NCBI RefSeq assembly: GCF_001194135.2
Contig: NC_068986.1
Span: 102,332,474-102,369,368, forward strand
Reading direction: 5' to 3'
From: Octopus bimaculoides
Taxonomy: Eukaryota
DNA: 36,895 nucleotides
The position numbers were made by a program, and so were the translations under genes. Every line of letters starts with the position of its first letter. The first letter of the stretch is position 1. Under the pieces are notes generated by a model. That model was not told the origin of the DNA, made no database searches, and saw nothing but the letters and a program-made list of their open reading frames with translations. This document shows positions 1 to 12,531 of this stretch, piece after piece.

Positions 1-34
<34 letters not shown>

Positions 35-1282
35 GCACGCATAGACACATATATACATACACACATACGATATGATTGTATATAAGAATATTATGCTTCT
101 TTTTTCTTGCATGTGTGTGAGGATGTTTGTGTATGTGTGTGTATGTGTGTGTGCGTGCGTGTCTGCGTGCGCTTTTGTATATGAGTGTATATGTATACAG
201 GTATTGTGTGCAAAAGTAACGAGTTTAATAAGAATAATCCATAAGACTTCACGAAGACAGTCTAATTAGTTTGTCGCACGATGAGAAACAATTAAGTTGA
301 AGTGACCCTGGATATATGATAAAGAATGGTGAGACAGGCATTTCAAAATCAACCGCTATCATCGTAAATTTTACACACTGAGAATAGTGTAGATGATACA
401 GATCGAAGTGTTGAGGTTTGCGAGTGTTACATGGTGAGAGGTGTTGAGGGCGCATACGCTTTCCAACAAAGTGTATTTGGAATAATAAATATGTAAATTA
501 AAACTTTCAAGTAAGCGATAAAATTGTTCCTAGTTGTGACTTGAGTATCCGCGTTTTACAGAAGCATATCATGTTTAATTCGCCACGAGTTAGAATATGG
601 GTGACTCACCATCAAAACGGTTAATTAGACCATTCTACATTTTATATTGACGACCTAATATTTCAAACGTGACGGCCACCACAGAACTGCCGTAGTGTCA
701 AGAAGAATTGGGCAACAATTTTTCTGCAGAATTCTGTTGGCATTCACTGAAAATTATAGTAATCTTTTTTTAATGCATATTTAAAAGAAAAAATATTACG
801 GTACAAAACCGTCAACAGTTGCGGCACTAGGAGAAACCAACGAACTAGATTACGCTCAAATCCTGGATGAATATTTCTTCATGTTTGCTATTCCATTGCT
901 GAGTGTTATTATGACAGCCAGGAACATAATATTTAGCAATTTGGAAAACAATAGCCTGAATATAGAATTACAATTGGTCTATAGATTATATTGAAGTTGA
1001 AAGTGAAATGCATATTAGCAAACACCAACTTTACAATATCATTGAGTATATGAATGCACTTTGGGGACATCCTGTATATTATATGCATATTAGATAGAGA
1101 GATAGACACACACAGACACACACACACACACTAACGCACATACACACAACCCTGCGAGTGCACGCACACACCCGTATATATATATGTGTGTATGAGTGTG
1201 TGTGCTTGTGTGTGTGTGAGTGTGTGTGTGCTTGTGTATGTGTGCGTGTGTGTGCGTGTGTGTGTGTGTATGTGCCTATATC

Positions 1283-1423
1283 TTCAAATTCCAGTGAGGT
1301 TGACTTCGCCAATCATCAGTTTCGGGGTCGATTAAATAAGTACCAGTCGAGCAATGCAGGGGATATAATTGACCTCCCCACTCACCGAAATTACTGACCT
1401 GCTGCCATAATTTGAAACTAATA
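1283..1423 (+). mobile_element. SINE fragment, octopus-type family A (central/3' part)
   Basis: TTCAAATTCC..GAGGTTGACTTCGCC..TTTCGGGGTCGATTAAATAAGTACCAGT..CCATAATTTGAAAC. It is homologous to the minus-strand copy at 36414-36623. The family assignment is from recall. Confidence 0.75.
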
Positions 1424-2927
1424 TTGAGAACGCCACCAAGAATAGTTTACGATACAGTTAGCTTTTTTTGTCAGTTATAAGAGATCGACATAAAGACAGA
1501 CACACAAAAGCACAGACACACATACGCACAGACACAGACACACATTCACAAGAGCATACGCACATACAAGAATATACAGATACACACACACGGATGCACA
1601 CAAATATATACATGAAGAGCATTATATATATTTGTATATATACATCGATTACTTGAATGGTAATTCCATTTACATATGTTCACATTTGCTTCACACTTCG
1701 CTGCTTCGAATCAATTGTTTCATGTTTACTCTATTATTTACACGAAAGGAAATTGTATATAAAATTCTATAAAAATTAGGAAGAAATATATATCCATGTA
1801 TCTCTCCCTATCTATCTATATCCCTCTTTCACTCTCTCCCCTCATGATTGATATATATATATATATACATATATATAATATATATATATATATATATACA
1901 TATATATAATATCGGTACTGTGTAAGTCAAATTTAAATCAAGCTATGTTATTTACTCAATGGAGCAGAACACATTATGATTTATAATATCCAACGGAAGA
2001 AGGCTAAACTATGCTGAGGCTATTATATCGAAACTCCACTTGATTAATAACTTAAGTGTTTCTTCGATTTCCTTTGTCTTATTCATCACTTAAAATTGTG
2101 ATCAAATGTAATCACATTAAATCTATTGGGGTCTTTTAATGGTAATGTTGCTAGTCGTGATTGTGGAGTTGGTCTTTTTTTTTTGTTTTGATTTTGCTTT
2201 CCATTTTTGTGGATGTTCGATCCAATCAAGAATGTGTTTTCATATTTTTAGGCACTATATGTCTTAGACTAAGTGGGTGTGTCTGTGGCAGAAACGTTGG
2301 AGAAACATCACAACTTGTGTTATTTGTTCTCATTTATTATATTCGGAATTCGAATCCTACGTAAATAATATAATTCATGAGTAATGGATTGAAGTAAGAG
2401 ACTTCAACAACTGTCGAAATTTCTGGCTTTAGGCATAAAAGAAAAGCAATGATATGCTTCATGGAACACTATTAAATAAGTCATTGATTTTATAATTTCG
2501 GTAGATTCTTGCCTGGTGAATATTTGGTTGCTTTTTCGTGGGGCATAGGGACCCATTAAACATATTTCCTTGTTTCATTGCTCAGGTTGAACATGTAAAG
2601 TTAAACATGACCGTGATAGTAATTCACATGATATCTAAGAGAAGCAAGGGACAACTTATACGGACGTGTGTCCATAGGCGTAGCTGTTTACGAGGGAATT
2701 TGAGTTCAGCACGTAAGATGCCAGAAGAAACTCTGCGGCAATTTTCTTTTTACGGCTCTCTAATTATTCCGTAAACTTATACACTTTTGAAAGCTAAACG
2801 AGAACATTAATAATAACAGTGGCAACGTTTGGTTGAAGGCAGCAACGCTAGGGGACAGTTGATCAGACGATTTAACCGACCTCGTTGTCCATACCAGATC
2901 GCCTTCCTCCCCTTCCTCATCCTCATC

Positions 2928-2987
<60 letters not shown>

Positions 2988-3008
2988 TTAATGCTGTTGA
3001 TGATGGTA

Positions 3009-3056
<48 letters not shown>
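2928..3056. repeat. Compound trinucleotide microsatellite (CTA)20 then (GAT)~15
   Basis: Directly visible. It produces the poly-L, poly-T, poly-M and poly-D ORFs in the track. Confidence 0.97.
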
Positions 3057-3059
<3 letters not shown>

Positions 3060-3229
3060 GGGATTATATATTTATTTCAATGAGAACGTTGCTTTCGTGT
3101 TACTAATTAAGTTTTATGAAATGTACATGAGTTTGAATTATGTTTATATTTATAGCTAAGCTATTATCATAAGGCGGTATACGTCTCTGAACATTTATAT
3201 AAGTTGTTAGGTGTTATCTGTGAACTTGC

Positions 3230-3495
3230 ATGCGTGTGTATACACGCGTGTGTGCATGTGTGCGTACGTGAGTGCGTGTGTGCGTGTTTGCGTACATGTG
3301 TAAATTGTGTACGTGCGGCGCGTTTGTTTGTTTGTGTGTGTATGTCTGTATTTGTGTGTGTTTGCGTGAGAGTGTATTTGTGTGTGTTTTTCTTTGTGTT
3401 TGTGTCTGTCTGACGGTGCTTGTGCAAGTGTGTATGTGTGTGTGTTTCTTTGTGCAAGTGTGTGTGTATGTGTGTATATGTGTGTGTGTTTGTTT
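3230..3495. repeat. Degenerate (TG)n/(CA)n tract
   Basis: Directly visible. Similar tracts occur at about 1105-1275, 5890-6030, 8255-8375, 28290-28370, 31130-31220 and 33660-33785. Confidence 0.9.
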
Positions 3496-4266
3496 GGAGG
3501 CTGCTCTTAAATAGTTGCGTTGGAATATGCGTATGAATAAAATAACAGTTTGCTAAAATTATAAGTGGTTGCTAACTTTATATATGATTATAAACACTCA
3601 ACGATTTAGCATTGCGTGTATATGAATCTGCATTTCATTATTAATAAACATTAGGAGTAAGAAATATTATTGATATCCTTATTTAAAATCAATCAATATT
3701 TTGTAAGCCCGAAAAAAGGATGTACGTGATCAGGAATTGAAGAATTGCTCTTTGTTTAATAACTGCAATTATCCTCGAATCAATTATCAAAATAAACTAG
3801 TTGCTTTTCTTGTACTATAATGTAGAATAGATTTTAATTTCTATATTTTACTAACTTTCATGCACCGCCGCCACATTTCATGCTAAACATCACCAATCCG
3901 TAAACGTTGCTTTGTGCATTTCACAAACTCAGTATCTCTGTCACGCAAATTCGACTTGGCTTGCTCAATTTTATGTTAAGTAGATGATTGCCAACATTGT
4001 GGAAATCTCGTTGCCAGAGCTAGTCTAATCACAAGAAGCACAGTGCTTTCACATTCCTTTCCTGCTTTCGACTTGTCTTCAGCGGATGCACACTTGAGAA
4101 AATTCATCTAAATTATAATTGAGTATATTACTAATCTCATCGGCGAGCTCGTGCAAGAAGTTCTATGCAATGCTACAACTCTAGTAGTTGTTAGTCTCCG
4201 AGAAATCTTCACAGGAATATTCTCAAACGCGCGATAGCACACACGGACATATTCACATGCACATTT

Positions 4267-4341
4267 ATCTATCTATCTATCTATCTATCTCTCTATCTAT
4301 GTATCTATCTATCTATCTATATATATATATATATATATATA
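4267..4341. repeat. (TCTA)n plus (TA)n microsatellite abutting an N gap
   Basis: Directly visible. Confidence 0.95.
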
Positions 4342-5453
4342 NNNNNNNNNNNNNNNNNNNNNNNNNNNNNNNNNNNNNNNNNNNNNNNNNNNNNNNNNNN
4401 NNNNNNNNNNNNNNNNNNNNNNNNNNNNNNNNNNNNNNNNNNNNNNNNNNNNNNNNNNNNNNNNNNNNNNNNNNNNNNNNNNNNNNNNNNNNNNNNNNNN
4501 NNNNNNNNNNNNNNNNNNNNNNNNNNNNNNNNNNNNNNNNNNNNNNNNNNNNNNNNNNNNNNNNNNNNNNNNNNNNNNNNNNNNNNNNNNNNNNNNNNNN
4601 NNNNNNNNNNNNNNNNNNNNNNNNNNNNNNNNNNNNNNNNNNNNNNNNNNNNNNNNNNNNNNNNNNNNNNNNNNNNNNNNNNNNNNNNNNNNNNNNNNNN
4701 NNNNNNNNNNNNNNNNNNNNNNNNNNNNNNNNNNNNNNNNNNNNNNNNNNNNNNNNNNNNNNNNNNNNNNNNNNNNNNNNNNNNNNNNNNNNNNNNNNNN
4801 NNNNNNNNNNNNNNNNNNNNNNNNNNNNNNNNNNNNNNNNNNNNNNNNNNNNNNNNNNNNNNNNNNNNNNNNNNNNNNNNNNNNNNNNNNNNNNNNNNNN
4901 NNNNNNNNNNNNNNNNNNNNNNNNNNNNNNNNNNNNNNNNNNNNNNNNNNNNNNNNNNNNNNNNNNNNNNNNNNNNNNNNNNNNNNNNNNNNNNNNNNNN
5001 NNNNNNNNNNNNNNNNNNNNNNNNNNNNNNNNNNNNNNNNNNNNNNNNNNNNNNNNNNNNNNNNNNNNNNNNNNNNNNNNNNNNNNNNNNNNNNNNNNNN
5101 NNNNNNNNNNNNNNNNNNNNNNNNNNNNNNNNNNNNNNNNNNNNNNNNNNNNNNNNNNNNNNNNNNNNNNNNNNNNNNNNNNNNNNNNNNNNNNNNNNNN
5201 NNNNNNNNNNNNNNNNNNNNNNNNNNNNNNNNNNNNNNNNNNNNNNNNNNNNNNNNNNNNNNNNNNNNNNNNNNNNNNNTCTGCTTTTTTGTTCTATGTG
5301 CGCCATAAATATCGCCATCCATTTAGAGAAAAATTTGTAGTTTAGAATCAGTAGTTTTTTCACTGCTATTTCTAAATTTTCAGTATGTTAATTATTAATT
5401 CTATTACTAATTGACGATTCCCTGCCCTTATTCTTGTATATATATAGAGAGAG

Positions 5454-5522
<69 letters not shown>
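5454..5522. repeat. (GATA)n tetranucleotide microsatellite
   Basis: Perfect AGAT/GATA run. Confidence 0.97.
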
Positions 5523-5891
5523 TTCGAGTAGACTATTCAAACATGTAGGTGACGCAACTAGCTACTATACATGGGTAACTAGCGAACGTTTTCGACTTAC
5601 ATTAGGAAAAGGGGTCACAATGTGTGTAATATACAGCGATAGATTGAAACTACATTAAAACATTGGTCTTAGTCAAATAGTCTAGAAATGAAATTGTGAC
5701 GTCATTAAGCTACATAATTTTGCACTCTTTAAGAAAGCCTTTACGGCAGCACTAATGACCCCCACGTGATCTATGAGCAGAAACGTTCTCTTACGGGTTA
5801 AAGAGTTAAAACATTACTATTCATGGCATAACGACAGTTCTAAACAGTGTGCGTATAAAGACACACATTTATATATCACTGTGTAGATAGA

Positions 5892-5924
<33 letters not shown>

Positions 5925-7204
5925 ATATTTATATATGTAAGTATATGCGTGTGTGTGTGTCTGTGCGTGTGTGAGTACGTGCCTGCGTACATGTGTATGT
6001 TGTAGATACACGTGTACACGCTTCTGTATGTGTGAGTTTTGGGGCTGGGGAATTGTTCAACTTTCGCTATTAGCAAAAGAAAATAGCTTAGACATACTTT
6101 AGAGTACATTTAAGCTATTATAAATGAATTCTAAAATTTTATTTGTATCATGTCCGACATAATTAACAATCATTTCAAATGACTTTTAATTGTCTTTTTT
6201 ATTTATTTATTTATTTAAAATTATTCTTGCTGTTGTGATAATAACGTATTTTATATAGACTACTAACAGCAGCCATTATAAAGCTTCCCGTTCAATCACA
6301 TACCTTACTCTAAAAACATTTGCGGTATGTTTTCTTTGGATTTTATTTTAGTGTTATTTCCCGGAAAAAATTAACAATCGTTTTCCATTAATAGTGTGGC
6401 TGTGATTTTACATTTATTGCGTCCTAAAATTTTTATAGATTTTATTGTAACTTAAATTTTAATAAAAAAACATATAACAACGTAATTTCCGCGTATGTTG
6501 ATGCGAAGTGTAGGAAAGAATACTCATACACATGTTTGTTCTTAGTTATGTACTGTGATGCGTATTTGACGGTCTGTTTGTAGCCTTTTATTCTTTGATA
6601 ATATATAATAGTGTCAATAAATTTTGTGGCGATATCCTTGAGCAGAAACATGTAGAGAATTATATTGATACTATTAAATGGTTTGCAATTCAATGTATGA
6701 TATTGAACGTCTATTTTTAAATATTCTATTAACACCGTTTATTGAGCACCCAATTTCTTGATAGGGGGAAACTATATAAAACTGGTATAAACGAAAGGCC
6801 GCGCAAACACTCATCAAGTTGGGAAGAGACACAGACAGACAACAGACAGAGAGGGAGGGAGAAACGTAATTAAAATCTGAGAGACGTACACGTGTAGATA
6901 CAGACATATTTATATGTATGTATATATTATATGTGTATGTATGTCATTATTCAGTTTATTTAAAGATTTCTTTTCAATAGAGAAAGAATCGGTTTCTACA
7001 TTACATCCAACGTTTCTTCATTGGAATGTCAACATCAACAACAGGATATTTTTTTGTTTGTTGGTATGTATGTTTGTATGTGCGGATTTGTATGTTATGT
7101 TTATGTATAGTTGCATATCTAGACATACTCATATACATTTAAATGATAAACTTCTGGAAAGGTTTATATATGTATGTATGTATGTGTGCGCTTATCTTTT
7201 ATCC

Positions 7205-7400
7205 TCTGTCTTTTACATGTCTAAGTCATCAGACTGTTGCCATGCTGGAGCATTGCCTTGAAAACCTCTTAGTCGAATGTATTATTATTTTCCATTAAAG
7301 CCTGGTACTTATTCTACCTTTCACTTTTGCCGAACCGCTAGATTACGGAAACATAAACGAACCAACAACGGTTTTCAAGTGGTGTGTGTTGGGCCTCAAA
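7205..7400 (-). mobile_element. SINE family B, 3' portion
   Basis: CCATGCTGGAGCA..GCCTGGTACTTATTCTA..TTTTGCCGAACCGCTA..ACGG..AAAC is the reverse-complement homolog of about 33990-34150. Confidence 0.7.
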
Positions 7401-7562
7401 CACACACACATACACACACACACACACACACAAATATATACATGCATATATTTATTAAAAAAAGTCTTACTCTTAATAAAAGCCAGAGTGCGTGCGTTCC
7501 ATTACATAAATGAAAAAGTATATAGTAAAAATGAAAATTAAACAACGCATAACGAATATTGA

Positions 7563-8246
7563 GTGCACAAACGGATGGAAGACAGACATAGAAGGTACTT
7601 AATTCTTCATCAGTTATCAGTCAGATGGTATTCCTCAGTTTCGCACAATAATGATAAGAATGAGATAGTTCCCAAACTGGCGGTGCCCGCGAAATTTGCG
7701 CAGAATATAGGACCGAGTGTAAAGGATGCATGGATAACAAGCGATACAGAAGTGGACATACAAAAGAAAAGAAATGTAGTTTAAGACGATGGAGAAGGAA
7801 AAAAACGAAATGAATAAGAAACGAACTAATTACAGGCTCAGGTCCAATAAAACAAAAACACAATTCTAAAGGATTATAGAGGTGAGGAAGAGCAAGCGGT
7901 GCACCAGTGGGGCACAGATAATTTTTGGATTGTCCTCTAAGTGTTACGCACCATTCATATTCTTTTGGCTGTATTGTGTTCGCTTCTTATTTATTTCGTC
8001 TTTGTCCTTCATCCATCGTCATAAAATTCCATTTACTCACTTTTGTATCTTCACTTCTGTATCACTTTACATCCATATAAAGTTTGCTCTCGGTCCTAGA
8101 TTATTTACAACTTTGGCGGTCACCGTCTGCATGAGAAGCATCTCAGTCTTATCATTAATGGTGGAACAATGAGTAATACCATCGGGTTGATATTTGATGA
8201 AGAATTAGGGACCATGTACATCTGTCTACCATCCGTTTGTGAGCAC
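7563..8246. repeat. Long degenerate inverted repeat (arms 7563-7836 and 7968-8246, spacer about 130 bp)
   Basis: The arms align collinearly at roughly 70% by eye. Shared blocks include ACAAACGGATGG, TAATTCTTCATCA, GATGGTATT, AATGATAAGA, TAGGACCGAG, GATACAGAAGTG, ATACAAAAG and GACGATGGA. Confidence 0.9.
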
Positions 8247-8289
8247 ACCATACACACACGAACGGACACACACACACACACACACACAT

Positions 8290-8320
<31 letters not shown>

Positions 8321-8335
8321 CACGCACACACACAC

Positions 8336-8368
<33 letters not shown>

Positions 8369-8371
8369 TAT

Positions 8372-8488
8372 ATACGACGGGCTTCTTTAAGTTTCCTTCC
8401 ACCATACTCACAAGTCCTTGGTCGAAGTACCGCGCAGTGGGACTGAACTCAGAGCAATGTTTCTTGCCAAACAAACACACCTGCACCT
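8372..8488 (-). mobile_element. SINE family B, tRNA-derived 5' portion
   Basis: TACGACGGGCTTCTTT..CTCACAAG..CGCAGTGGGACTGAAC is the reverse complement of the head seen at 33786-33935. It includes the B-box-like GTTCAGTCCC. Confidence 0.75.
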
Positions 8489-8499
8489 ATATGTATGTA

Positions 8500-8530
<31 letters not shown>

Positions 8531-8730
8531 AGGTGTGTATGTACACAGTTGTTGAACCTGAAGGTGGATTTATTGAATGATATTACAGAAAAGAAAGTGT
8601 ATTGTTATCCTCATCGCATTTCTTTGATAAATAAAATTATATTTTTATACCATATATATATTTTTTTTCTTATAAACATAAATATCGTGTTAACATCAAC
8701 TATCTCACACACCCTCTTTATGTATACATA

Positions 8731-8884
8731 TACGACGGAATTTTTCGTCAACGAAATTCAGTCATAAGTCTGTAGTAGGCTCGAGGCTATAGCAATCAGT
8801 TGCCCAGTGTGCCACGCAATGGGTCCGAACCCGAAACCATGTTGTTAAGAAGCAGGCTTTTTGTGAAGCAGCCACGCCTACACC
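8731..8884 (-). mobile_element. SINE family B, 5' portion (second copy)
   Basis: TACGACGG..CTCGAGGCTATAG..TGCCACGCAATGGGTCCGAACCCGAAACCATG..CAGCCACGCC matches the other family B heads. Confidence 0.75.
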
Positions 8885-9484
8885 TCACTTAACATTTTCC
8901 TTCTAGAAATGTTTACTTGCCCTATTTCATTAGCCTTTTCCTTTACAATTTAATCTACATTTACTGCACGATCGGAAATATAGACGATCGGGCTTGTTAT
9001 GATTAATGTTAACTTTAAATTAGGGATAATCTGTAGCTCTTTCTTCTTTTTCCTAAATATCCTCTCTTTCCTGATTTGTTGCATGACTTTTTACTTGTGG
9101 GGCTTTAAATTCTGTAATTTTTCAATGTAAACCTTATTTAACTCAGAAGAAACGTGCTCTGAGTTTGAAATTGAATATATCAAAGAATGATTCTAGGCAT
9201 GAATTTCTTGATCTGTTTCTTAGGATAATTGAAGGCGGCACTCGTATCTTGTCGTCCATGTTTTTTTTTTGATTTTCGATACATTCATACCTATTCATAC
9301 ATCCGCACAGCAACACTCAGTTACTGATATATATACAAAATATGCTTACATACTCATGTATGCATCAATATGCATATATATGCTTATACATGTATATTCA
9401 AGTAGATATATTTGTATACATATGTAGATATGTGTGTATATGAGTGTGGGATGTAAGTTTGTAAATGTCTATATACATAGATAC

Positions 9485-9519
<35 letters not shown>

Positions 9520-9868
9520 CATATATATANNNNNNNNNNNNNNNNNNNNNNNNNNNNNNNNNNNNNNNNNNNNNNNNNNNNNNNNNNNNNNNNNNNNNNN
9601 NNNNNNNNNNNNNNNNNNNNNNNNNNNNNNNNNNNNNNNNNNNNNNNNNNNNNNNNNNNNNNNNNNNNNNNNNNNNNNNNNNNNNNNNNNNNNNNNNNNN
9701 NNNNNNNNNNNNNNNNNNNNNNNNNNNNNNNNNNNNNNNNNNNNNNNNNNNNNNNNNNNNNNNNNNNNNNNNNNNNNNNNNNNNNNNNNNNNNNNNNNNN
9801 NNNNNNNNNNNNNNNNNNNNNNNNNNNNNNNNNNNNNNNNNNNNNNNNNNNNNNNNNNNNNNNNNNNN

Positions 9869-9882
9869 CGCTCTTCCGATCT
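9869..9882 (+). other. Illumina adapter remnant (assembly artefact)
   Basis: CGCTCTTCCGATCT is the exact 3' end of the Illumina paired-end adapter/primer. It is the first sequence after an N gap. Confidence 0.85.
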
Positions 9883-10229
9883 TCTATGAGACGCTGCTAT
9901 ATATATGCGTGTGTGTGTGTGTGTGTATGAATGTATGTATGTATGTATGTATGTATGTATGTATATATGTATATATGTATTATATATTCATAGACACAGT
10001 CATACATATACACATATACATAAAGAGAGTAAGAGAGGGAAAGATAGAGACAGAGAGAAAGGGAGAGAGCATTTGAATTGAAAAGTGAAGTATTTGGGAG
10101 AAACTCTTTCATGTTACAATCCCAAAAGTATCAAAACGGAACTGACAAATATTAAATATCTAAAACTGAGATTTGCAAAACGAAGTGAGTTGCAAACTCT
10201 ATTCTCCGTGTGTGTGTGTGTATACATCT

Positions 10230-10620
10230 ATAATTATGTATATTGTAATTGTCCTTCCAAGGACAGAAAGGGAACAGAGGCATCCTTTAATTTGTCACCG
10301 TGTACATCGTCGAGTATTTCCATCTCACAGCACTCCCCACCACTCTATACCACTCTACAAAGTGTTCGATTTGCCCACCCCACCTCTGCTGTTTACGAAA
10401 ATACTCCAGTTTCTAACTCCTTCTGTCTAAACAACAAATCAAGTTGTTTATGTAAATCTTCCCGTACACATTTCCTGAAGGTGCTCGTCCGTCATGTTCC
10501 TGGATTATAGACACATTCTCCTTGCTTCCCCTTTTAAACTGAAAATCCAGCTTCAATCTAACTCACATTCGGTTATTCCACTTCTACTATCCACATATCA
10601 CTGCTTCTGTAAAGCAGCTT
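10230..10620 (-). mobile_element. Possible highly decayed RTE-LINE endonuclease region
   Basis: Frame-hopping minus-strand fragments NVSIIQE and NSRGGVG recall the RTE APE motifs (VDxCxIQE, GGVG). The match is weak. Confidence 0.3.
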
Positions 10621-10815
10621 GCCTATGCACACACTCGTTGTCCTTAACATACATATACATATATTCAAACATACACACACCTCTGTTAATCTAACGTCGC
10701 TTCCTCCTCGCACACACAGAGGTACATACACGCATACATACGTTCTAGAAGGCAGTTATACCGGCGTGCGCACATACATATACAGGTACATGTCTACAGT
10801 TCGCAAATTTAAATA

Positions 10816-11017
10816 CGATGGGGAGCTGAAATATTCCTGGCTTCAAGGGTATCGCAAAAGGCCTGGCAGGCCCCAACATTCCGAGTACTTTTACAGGGCC
10901 TAGAAAAACATGAGGGACCGCTGCACTGAATGTTTGAATATGAAAGGGGGAGTATGTTGCATAAAATCATAATTAACTGATCCTCCTGTATTTACTTTTA
11001 CCCAAAGCACACCCTCG
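10816..11017 (+). mobile_element. Mariner-derived MITE (about 200 bp) with TA target duplications
   Basis: The left end is TA|CGATGGGGAGCTGAAATATTCCTGGCTT. The right end is AAAGCACACCCTCG|TA, a TIR with an internal deletion of about 14 bp. The interior keeps a mariner C-terminal remnant (CLNMKG/EYVA*). Confidence 0.7.
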
Positions 11018-12513
11018 TACATATCGCTATTCGCACATATCTCCATTCGCCCATCGTATCCTCGTTCACACAGATGTGCTCATGCCCTGGCACACACCTG
11101 GAGACACACTTACCCACATTGTCCTTATTTCATGTACGCACATTCATTCTCATACGCATAAATACATGCATATTTCTTCAGTTATAGAAGCATATGCACA
11201 CATGACTACACATCTGCACTCAAAGTCACTGACGCCCACTCACACAGACTTTTGCTCCAAATCTGTTGGCACACATAAACACACATATAGATACAAGCTT
11301 AGAAACGCATGCATTTGCATAAACGCCTGCATACAAATTTCCATACATACGCGCACGCGTACATATACAACGCATTCACACACAGCCGTACTTTTGTTTA
11401 TATATTTTGACTCTTCCGCCATTGTATACAGCTGAGAATCATGCCTTGCAACCCACTTCCATATTTCACGCCTGTTTGACTTTTAATTGTTTTTCAGATC
11501 CAAAACATGTTTCCCTCCCAGCACTTTGTATCCTATATTTCTGTTCTCTTACTTTCTACTCTCTACGCCAAATTTTCCACGCTGCCACTTCTTTTCTCTT
11601 TTGTTTTTTTTAATATGTAAATCATATTTGTCCTTCTCCACAAGTATTTTGGCTCCATTCATGTCAACAACTTTTTTCCTCAAAGTTATATTTTCACCAG
11701 CGCCATACAAGCTGAATTTCTGAATTGGAGTCACGAGTAAAATTATATTCTTTCTGTATTTTTCTTCATTGTCTTTCATCGCAAATTCTGAACCACAAGT
11801 AATTTACATAACACAAACCTAAGTAAATAAAAACATGTTTTTTTTTAATTTCCAAAGGCTTCTCCACTTAATCATGCCTTTCAGGCACATTTCAGTAGTG
11901 ATGGATGTCATAAAATTGCTATTCTTGAAACTAACTTTCTGCAAAATTTCCTTTTTTAACATCTCACATACACTCACAAAAAACGTTTTTTTTTTTTTGG
12001 CGTTTATTACTTTTCGTATATTTTCCGGGGTTTTTTTTTTTCCAGCCTAGTTTTCCATTTTGTAAAAACAAATATCCAGATAAGAAAAGATATTGAATTA
12101 AATCTGCAAATCTCGGTTGTATGAGCTGCTGAATATAACAGTTGAACAATATTACACGAATTTAAAGAATATTTCTTCACTCCAATATGAGAATATATAT
12201 ATATGTATGTTGATAGCAAACTTGACTCGAAAACAAGAAGGTAGTTAACCCTCGCCACGTAGGATAATATTTCCAAAGACAATGTACAGAATAAAGCAAA
12301 TATAAAGCATTATAATTCCTACAAAAATCCTTTTTCAGGTCTTCCTTTATATCAGGTCCTTGACATGAGAAAAATGTGGATAGGTTGCATTTACCATGAT
12401 ACTAGCTATCGTCAGCTAAACAATCCTTAGGGTAACCACAGATCTAGACTCAGATGAGACATATCATCAATTAATAAGCGTAAAGGAGAAAATGACTAGA
12501 AATTGAAACGTAC

Positions 12514-12531
12514 CGTTCCTGAGAAGACCAG
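12514..12531 (-). CDS. Candidate 18-nt microexon
   Basis: gaaatttatttacag|CTGGTCTTCTCAGGAACG|gtacgt. Based on splice signals only. Confidence 0.35.

Noticed and set aside
250-480. Possible Tc1/maT transposase remnant (GISKST, AYAFQQ)
   Set aside because: Only two short motifs in different frames, with no TIRs, which is insufficient.
2080-2400. Possible pLTR with GAAACGTT at about 2288
   Set aside because: There is no recognisable CUGANGA-like core or helix II upstream.
5697-5768. CRE palindrome TGACGTCA (5697-5704) and E-box CACGTG (5763-68)
   Set aside because: Short motifs like these are expected by chance in 37 kb, and there is no gene start or CpG island to anchor them.
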